DNA of 64,000 nt, the filler included, from Conidiobolus incongruus B7586 (lineage: Eukaryota), in assembly GCA_000697335.1 (NCBI GenBank). It is 44 parts of 44 records of this genome, joined end to end, with 100 filler letters (N's around TTAATTAATTAA, not from the genome) between each part and the next. Parts side by side here need not be neighbours in the genome. Positions count along the whole stretch, not along the records: positions 56,152 to 57,414 come from JNEM01002463.1; positions 57,515 to 58,767 come from JNEM01002465.1; positions 58,868 to 60,119 come from JNEM01002466.1; positions 60,220 to 61,463 come from JNEM01002467.1; positions 61,564 to 62,795 come from JNEM01002468.1; positions 62,896 to 64,000 come from JNEM01002486.1; 38 more parts are not named here. One strand, given 5' to 3'. The translations under genes were made by a program, and so were the position numbers. Position 1 is the stretch's first letter, and the number at the start of each line of letters is the position of its first letter. The notes under the pieces are model-generated. The model made no database searches and was not told the origin of the DNA. It saw nothing but the letters and a program-made list of their open reading frames with translations. Positions 56,152 through 64,000 of this stretch are shown in pieces.

Positions 56152-57414
56152 ATTTTAAATAGGGTGAGTTATAAATTTATGGGTTTATAAGTTAAAAAGA
56201 TATATAAAACAAAAATTACTTAAATTTTTTTTATTAAATTATATATATATATATATATTAATATTATTATTTAAAGTATTATTTAAATAATATTAATATT
56301 AAAATACCTAAATCCCTTTGTAAAAAAATTCACTTATATATTAAACAATTTTATGATAAAGATAAATCATTTATAAGATTGTTGGAATTACTAATGTTAG
56401 CTAGTTTATTATAGCTAGGGTAATTGAAAGTTAAAATAAAGATATATCTAAACTTAAACTTAAATATGCTATGATTATAGATAAATATGATAAAAGGTAT
56501 ATTTAAAGGTTGGTTAATACAAATAAATATAATATTATTATAAAAATAGAAAAAGAATTACAAGACTATATAGGAATATTAGTTAATATTAATATTATTA
56601 CATATGTTGTAAATTATAGTAGATATCACTTGCATCTTAAGAAATAACATCTCTAATTAAAAAAGTCTTATTATAAGGTTAAATGGGAGTTTAAATATCA
56701 TTACTAAAGTTGAACCAAAATTAATTAAAATAAGATTATTTAGTTTGATAAAAAAAATATTTTAATAAATTTAATAAAAAAGCTAAATATTTTAGAAAAA
56801 ACAAAAAACTATTTTATAACCATTAGGTTATTTTAACCTAAAAATATAATGATAGGTTAATTATAGAATAGGGATATATATTATCTTTTAGTGTAAAATA
56901 TCTTTATAAAATTAATTAAAGAATTAATGCTAAGATGTATTAAAATATTCTAGATAATGAATTAATAAATATTATTGAATAGTATTGGTTAAATTAATCA
57001 GATTTTATTTTCTAACAAGATAATGCCTTTTGTTATATTATTATTTCTACCACCAAATAGTTTAAAAATAATAAAATAACAGGTATAAAGTGGCTTTTTC
57101 AATCTTTTAACTTTATTTTAATTAAATACTTTTAGGATCAATTAAAAAAATAATTAAAGCTTTCCTATTAACAAAAAATTCAAATAAAATTTAGGAATAT
57201 ATTTAAGATGCTTAGAATAAAATTAATCCTTTTTAATATAAGAAATTAGTTAACTATATACCCTATAAACTTAAGAAAGTTAGAAAAAAAAAGATAGGTA
57301 TATTAAGTTTTAGTTTTCTTTTTATAACTAAAATACACAAATTTATAACTTATTTTAAGTAAAATTTAAATTTTAATGTATTAACTAAAAATTAATATAG
57401 TTAGATCAAATATA
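56152..57414 (+). mobile_element. Degenerate Tc1 family B
   Basis: IF*QDNAFCY...KWLFQS...LIKYF*DQLK, with 34 residues between the Asp and the Glu position (GAA>AAA). Inner DRs are present at both ends. Confidence 0.9.
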
Positions 57415-57514
57415 NNNNNNNNNNNNNNNNNNNNNNNNNNNNNNNNNNNNNNNNNNNNTTAATTAATTAANNNNNNNNNNNNNNNNNNNNNNNNNNNNNN
57501 NNNNNNNNNNNNNN

Positions 57515-58767
57515 AAATAACAAAATTAAAACTATTTTTATTTTTATTATATAGATCTAAATCAATTTATATTAATTTTTTTAATTCATTTATATTATTT
57601 ATATATAATAAGGTATAAAGTTTAAATTTGATATTTATTGGTTAATATATTAATACATAAAATTTAACTAAGTTATAAATTTATAGGTGTTGGTTATTAA
57701 AAGTAAATTAAAACTTATTATATCTATTTTTTGCTTTTTTAACTTTTTTAATCTATAGTGTATAAAGCTAATTTATTTTTTATATTAAGAAAAATTAATC
57801 TTATTTTGAGTTTTTAAAATATATTTTAAAAACTCATTTAAATATTTATTTAAATAAAAATTATAATTATTTTTATAAATCCCAAAGATATTTAATTATA
57901 TTAAAAATAAAAAATTGAAAATATTATTTCATAATCATTTATTAATTATATTTAAACCATCTGGTAATAAAAACTATAATATAATATAAAACCTTATTTA
58001 ATTAAAAAAATATTGGATTTATTTATCTTAAACTATTTAATATTATTTTTAATTTATTATTTTTAAATATTTTAATAGATTGTAATATTAATTCATTTAT
58101 TTACTATATAAAAATACCTTATACTTAAAGATAATATATATTTTTATATTATAATTAACTTATTTATTAAGAGACTAATTCTCTAAATTTATATATATAT
58201 TTCTATATAATTCAATTAACTATAAATTATATCATTAATTTATACTTTTATAGCTAAATTAATTATATAAATAATATTAAATTATCTAATAACAAGGTTC
58301 TTTTTTTCCTTTCAACATTAATTATTTCTTGTTTTTTTATTATTTCTTAAGGTTAAAACTATATTTTGCCAATATTACAATATATTGGCATTTCCTAATA
58401 TAAATCCTAATATATCAGTGACTCATTTCTGTTCGAAGCTTAATTAAACGTTGTTTATATTTCTAAGTTATATTGTCATGTTTTGTGCCACGCTACTTTT
58501 ATATTAAGTCTTCCCCTATGCTATATTGGTTCAACTACCACTATGTTTATATTATTATTATATTTTTAATTAAAATAACATAAAATTTATAAAATAATTT
58601 TTGATTTTTTTAAATTATATAGCTTTTTTATTAAAGCTATATAATTATATTTTTGTTTTATTAAACTGAATAATTTTATTATATTTATATTTAAATTATT
58701 ATTTAACTTGATAATGTGATTTTTTTAATTAAATATTTCTTTTTTTAAAATATAAATAATATTTATT
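57515..58767 (-). mobile_element. Old Tc1 family B copy interrupted by LTR E
   Basis: Colinear with B on both sides of the insertion. Confidence 0.8.
58165..58551. mobile_element. Solo LTR family E, 387 bp
   Basis: Perfect 5-bp TSD TTATT; termini decayed to TA...TA; aligns with 45683-46079. Confidence 0.82.
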
Positions 58768-58867
58768 NNNNNNNNNNNNNNNNNNNNNNNNNNNNNNNNN
58801 NNNNNNNNNNNTTAATTAATTAANNNNNNNNNNNNNNNNNNNNNNNNNNNNNNNNNNNNNNNNNNNN

Positions 58868-60061
58868 ATATATATATTCAATCTGAATTATTTTTTTATT
58901 AAAATATTTTGATTTTGAAATTTATATTTAATTTAATTATATTTCAACTAAACTGTGATTATCCAAATGTTTTTATATTTATATTTTTAAAACTTTATCA
59001 TAATCTTTTTAAAATCATTTAAAACTTAAAAAATAGCTTATAATAATGATGCTTTATTTAAATCTATCCTATATCACTAGTTTATGATTTTAAAGCTAAA
59101 AAGGACATTATTTTAAATTTATTAAAATCTAAAAATCTAATTTTTATTATAACTTTTTACTTATTAAAAGAGTAAAAAAATATATTAAGAAATATCCTTT
59201 TATTTTTGCTAGAAAACTATCAAAGCAATTTAATATTAATTATATAAGCATATTATATTTACTTAAGTTTAAACTTAGATTAATTAATCAAAATACAAAA
59301 TGGATACCTTATAATTTAACAAAAGCTTAAAAGGAAACTAAAGTAGTTATAGCTATACTAAACTTATTAAGGTATAACCAAAAATAAAGGCTTTTATAAT
59401 AAAAACCTATAATTGATGAATCTTAAATTCCTTTATATAATCTATTATTTAAAAATAAAATAAGATGTTTGGTTTAGTTAAATTAATTCCCTTTATAAAT
59501 TCCAATAAATAAATACTTTGAATATAAGCAAATGTTAATTATTATAATAGATTATAATGGTATACTGTCTTTTTATTTAATATCTTAAGAAAAATTAATT
59601 AATAATAAACTATATATTTTTTTTTAAAATAGAATGATTTTTAAATGATATTTTTGATATGAATTAAAAACTTCTATTATTTTGCATAATAATTGCAAAA
59701 TATATAAAGCTAAAGCTATAAAAAATTTTTTATATAAAAAAAATAAAAAAAGTTACCATAATTAATATATTCACTTAATTATAACCCATGTGATTATAAT
59801 TGTTTTAAATAATTGAAAAAATAACTTATAAAATAAATTCCTGCAAATAAATTAAATTAGTTCATAAAATATAAAATTTTAGTCCTTAATAAAAGAATTA
59901 TTTTTTAGGTATTGAAAGCTTATTAAAGATATAGAAAAGAGTTATTGATAATAAAACAAGTTATTAATTTTATATTATTCATTAATTTTCATATATTATT
60001 CATTAATTAATTTATTTAATTTTAATTTCAAAATTGTGCTATTATTTAATTTCTTTACTAA
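58868..60061 (+). mobile_element. Degenerate mariner A2
   Basis: Retains WIPYNL, IDES and NPCDY; A2-type right TIR. Confidence 0.9.
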
Positions 60062-60409
60062 TAAAAAAATTTAATATATTTATAATTATTTTATATAATA
60101 ATAATATAAAAAGAAAAATNNNNNNNNNNNNNNNNNNNNNNNNNNNNNNNNNNNNNNNNNNNNTTAATTAATTAANNNNNNNNNNNNNNNNNNNNNNNNN
60201 NNNNNNNNNNNNNNNNNNNTAAGAATTATTAAATATTTATTAATAACTTCTTTATTATATTATCAAATCAAGTTTATTATTAAATAGTTAATACTATAAC
60301 ATTTGTATTTTATTATTGAATATTTTACTATTATTAATTTTTTAATAATTATATCATATTTTGAGAAATAATTGAATTTTTTTATAATTTAAATTATTAA
60401 TATATTTTA

Positions 60410-60618
60410 TTACTTTGTTATTTATATAATAGGGATTTTTGTGATTGAAAAAAATAAAGTTTTTAATATATAATATATAAAAACAAAAACTCTTTTTTAT
60501 TATTAATAACTTTTCACCATATTTTAGTTAGTTATTAATTAGCGTATTATATTTTTTATAAAAATTTATAATCCAATGTTTTACAACCTAATTAAATTTT
60601 TTTTGGAAAAATTTTTAT
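60410..60618 (-). mobile_element. Mariner right-end fragment
   Basis: TIR TA|TTACTTTGTTATTTATATAATAGGGATTTT. Confidence 0.7.
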
Positions 60619-60849
60619 ATTATCTTAATATTGGGAATTAGGGTAATTGCTATGTTTTTTAAAAATCTTCACTATCTAGATTAAAAAAATGCTATTTTTA
60701 TTAAGATAAGGTTTTTTGATATTATTAATAAAATAAATTAAAAATAAATTATAGGAGAGATTAGATAAAAGGCAAAGATATATAAGGTTATTAAGTAAAT
60801 ATATAATATATTCCTTGAACTTTATTATATTAAAGCAAAGTTTTCTTTA

Positions 60850-61463
60850 AGGAAATTGTCTAGACTTAAAGTTGGCATAAACAAGTATATAAAATATATC
60901 AGCTTTTTTTAGATATTTTTATCTAATAATTAACTTAATTATTAAATAAAATATTAGTTTTAGTTATAATGTTTTTTATGAATAAAGATTTAATTAATTA
61001 TATAATAACGACTTAAGTTATTAAAATATATAAATAGAGGTTTAAAATAAGTGTTTTTTGATAGAAATCCTTAGTAAGGTTTTTATAAGATTTAAAGATA
61101 TTAATATAAAAAACTTAGTGTATTTTTAAATTAGATAAAAAATAAAGCTTATATATATTAAAGTTAATGTTTTTAATTTTAATAAAATAAGGTCTTAATT
61201 ATTTAGGTATTAATTTTTCTATTAAAAAGCTTAAATATTAGGATAAATTAATATCTTTATAATTTAATAAAACTAAAGAACTTGATAGGAGATTTAGAAA
61301 ATATAAATATATTTTATTATATTAATAAGCTTATTAGACTTTATTTTTAAAGATCTATTCTTTATTAATAGCTAATAACAAGTTGATATATAAAGTATAA
61401 TTTTTTATATTAATTAAGGTGTTAATAATGGATTATAGAATATTAATTAAATTAAGATATTAA
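60850..61463 (-). pseudogene. Chromoviral Gypsy integrase C-terminus (GPY/F module plus chromodomain)
   Basis: KLIPK*LRPY...YKLYFLSNLKIH*VFYINIFKSY, then YYIIN*IFIHKKH...YFI**LS*LLDKNI*K. Confidence 0.8.
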
Positions 61464-61856
61464 NNNNNNNNNNNNNNNNNNNNNNNNNNNNNNNNNNNNN
61501 NNNNNNNTTAATTAATTAANNNNNNNNNNNNNNNNNNNNNNNNNNNNNNNNNNNNNNNNNNNNTATTAATATAAAAAATAATAATTGATATTAGTTTATT
61601 ATATCTTAATAATATTAGAATAATATCCTTTTTAGCTTAAATTAATTGATATAATAATAAAGAATAATTTTAAATAAGAAATTATATTGATAAGTTATTT
61701 ATAAATCTTAAATAATTTTAAAAAATTAATGATTAAATTTGAATAATACTAAAATAAATTTTTTTATAATTTTTAATTTAATTTAAATATAATTAAATTT
61801 AACCTTATATTATAAATTAAAAATATTTTGATATAATAATTATTATAAATTATATA

Positions 61857-62090
61857 TGTTGGCAATATTGTCAACCACTTATATTATTATCATCAAATCA
61901 AACGATCTCAACTGATCCCACAATCACTAAGTTATCTGTCATTATTTGATTTCACCTTTATTGATAAAAAAAACAGGGGTGGAAGATGGTCTTTTTATCA
62001 AATTAAACATAGAATAAAGGATAGACTTACCCTTTTCTTTTACCATTTTAATTATAATTTCTGATCACACACATAAGAAAAAACCCAACA
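61857..62090. mobile_element. Solo LTR family F, 234 bp
   Basis: Perfect TGTTGG...CCAACA inverted termini and a 5-bp TSD ATATA. Confidence 0.85.
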
Positions 62091-62899
62091 ATATATATAT
62101 TGAAAAAATTAATATTCTTATATAATTTATATATGATTTATTTTTCAAAACCAATAATTTATTTAAAAAATCAAAAATTAAAAATTTACCATTTTTTTAA
62201 GCTAATAATAATATATAACTTAATTAATAAATCATTTTCGTATAATATTCATATATTAATTGAAAATTTATATTATTATTATATTATTTTCTAAAAAAAT
62301 ATATTTATAAATAAAAAATATATTATTATATATTTTAATATATATAATTTATAATAGTTTTTATCATATATTAAATTAAGTATTATAATAAATAATTAAA
62401 GTTATATTTTTATTCTATTAAAGCAAGGTTTTGAAATATTTACTATTAATTTTATTAAAAAATGATATTTGAACCAAATTCAGAATTTATAAATATTGAT
62501 ATTATATATAAATGTTATATTTATAATATTATAACCTAATTTATAAATTATATTTTATTATTTTTATTTTATCTTTAAATATTACTTATGAATTATTATT
62601 AAGTTTTGTTTGAATAAATTAAATTAATTAATATCTTTCATTTATTTATAATTTAATATATTATATATCAATTTGAGTTATAATAATTAGAAAATAATTA
62701 TTATATTGATAATATATTAAATATCTAGTTTTATCAAAATCCTTATTTAATATTTTAAAAAACCTATATTCTAAAGTTATTAAATAAAAATAATANNNNN
62801 NNNNNNNNNNNNNNNNNNNNNNNNNNNNNNNNNNNNNNNTTAATTAATTAANNNNNNNNNNNNNNNNNNNNNNNNNNNNNNNNNNNNNNNNNNNNAATA

Positions 62900-63530
62900 A
62901 ATAAATATGTTTGTTAAATAATTTATTTGGGATATTTTGACTATATATAATTATTTAAAAAAATTATCAATAATAATAGTTGATTATTTTCTATTAAAAA
63001 TAGAAGAAATTTTATATCAAATTAAGTATAGAAAAGAAAGCAATAAACCTATATTATCAAAAATCTAATAATAAAGTTAAAAGTGAAATTAGTATATTAA
63101 AGAAAATTTTGCATAAGTTAGATTTAATTTATGATAAAAAATAAAACTAATTGTTAAATATTGCTTTTATTATTATAAAAATTACTTAATATTTTAAAAT
63201 TTAATTTTCATCTTTTATGTTATTTTATAATAGAAATTTTATCTTACTAGAGATATTAATTTAAAATTATTATAAAGATTATTTAAAAAAATAAATTAAA
63301 AATTGATTAAAATTTATAATTTAGCTGATTAAAATAATTTTACCAATAAAATAAAAATAATAACTAAATAGCATAAAAAACTCAATATTAAAAATAAATA
63401 CTTTAAATTTAATATCCTAAACTTATTTAATTAAAGAAAATATATTAAATTAAAAGATGAAAAAAATAAAGCCTAGATTAAACTGTTAAAAATTATTAAG
63501 GTATTCTTAAGACTATGTTATAAATTAAAA
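62900..63530 (+). pseudogene. Ty3/Gypsy integrase core plus GPY/F relic
   Basis: YYQKSNNKVKSEISILKKIL (YHPQSNGKVER), FSSFMLFYNR (FSPFxLxYGR), A*IKLLKIIKV...YKL (WxGPFKI). Confidence 0.82.
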
Positions 63531-64000
63531 CGTCTCATTTCTCCTATTATTCTCAAATAAATATACCCTAATCTTATTAAATATTCTATTAGCTAACTTG
63601 ATCTATAAAAATTACTAAATATAAAAATAATTATAATAATTAGAGAGTTATATTAAGTTATTAATTAAAAATGAAGTTAATTAATTACTTTGCTATTTTA
63701 TTATTAAAAATTTATTCATTTTAATTATATTTCAGAAATTATAGGAATTTAATATTTATATAGAAATAGGATTTACATTTCCCTCAAAAAAATAATTTAT
63801 TTTATTTTTTTGGGAAATAAAAATAAAAAATATATTTTGTTACTAGTTTTTAAAAGTATTTTATTTAATTAATTTATAAAAAATTTAATAAGATTTAACT
63901 TTATTTTGATTATATATTGTAAAAACAAAGAGTAACCCAAAGATTAATAATATATATAATCCTTTCTAACCAGAACTTAAATTATATAATTAATAATAAT

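Noticed and set aside
60629..60928. Candidate solo LTR TATTGGGA...TCTAATA with a 4-of-5 TSD
   Set aside because: The chromodomain reading frame runs straight through the proposed right boundary.
4167..62294. Other short I/L/F/Y/N/K-rich ORFs (4167, 8697, 10242, 15975, 19868, 34893, 49765, 62100)
   Set aside because: They are expected by chance in such AT-rich DNA or are off-frame pieces of transposons. ORF 10276-10461 is just a stop-free part of the mariner pseudogene.
1698..62795. Contigs as TA-bounded ciliate IESs or nanochromosomes
   Set aside because: The ends have no consistent TA boundary or telomeric repeat and often cut through elements.
1598..62895. Regularly spaced TTAATTAATTAA as a CRISPR array or biological repeat
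   Set aside because: It is always centred in exactly 44+44 Ns, so it is an assembly spacer.

Overview
This is not contiguous DNA. It holds 44 unplaced contigs of about 1.2-1.6 kb, sorted by decreasing length and joined by an artificial 100-bp linker (N44-TTAATTAATTAA-N44). The sequence is extremely AT-rich eukaryotic repeat DNA, mostly dead transposons. Manual translation and alignment show about 16 copies or fragments of a DD34D mariner (~1.31 kb, ~28-bp TIRs, TA TSD) and about 14 of a DD34E Tc1 element (~1.5 kb, long IR/DR-type TIRs). There are also five families of solo LTR with target-site duplications, Ty3/Gypsy pol relics (protease-RT, integrase core, two chromodomain tails) and a possible Penelope-like RT. 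Nearly all decay is C>T/G>A on both strands, with CpG lost first and then CpA/TpG, which looks like methylation-linked or RIP-like hypermutation. Only one ORF looks intact (33835-34227), and it sits inside an LTR-like shell. The host cannot be named; chromoviruses and the mutation pattern suggest a fungus (inference). All alignments were done by eye and no database searches were run.
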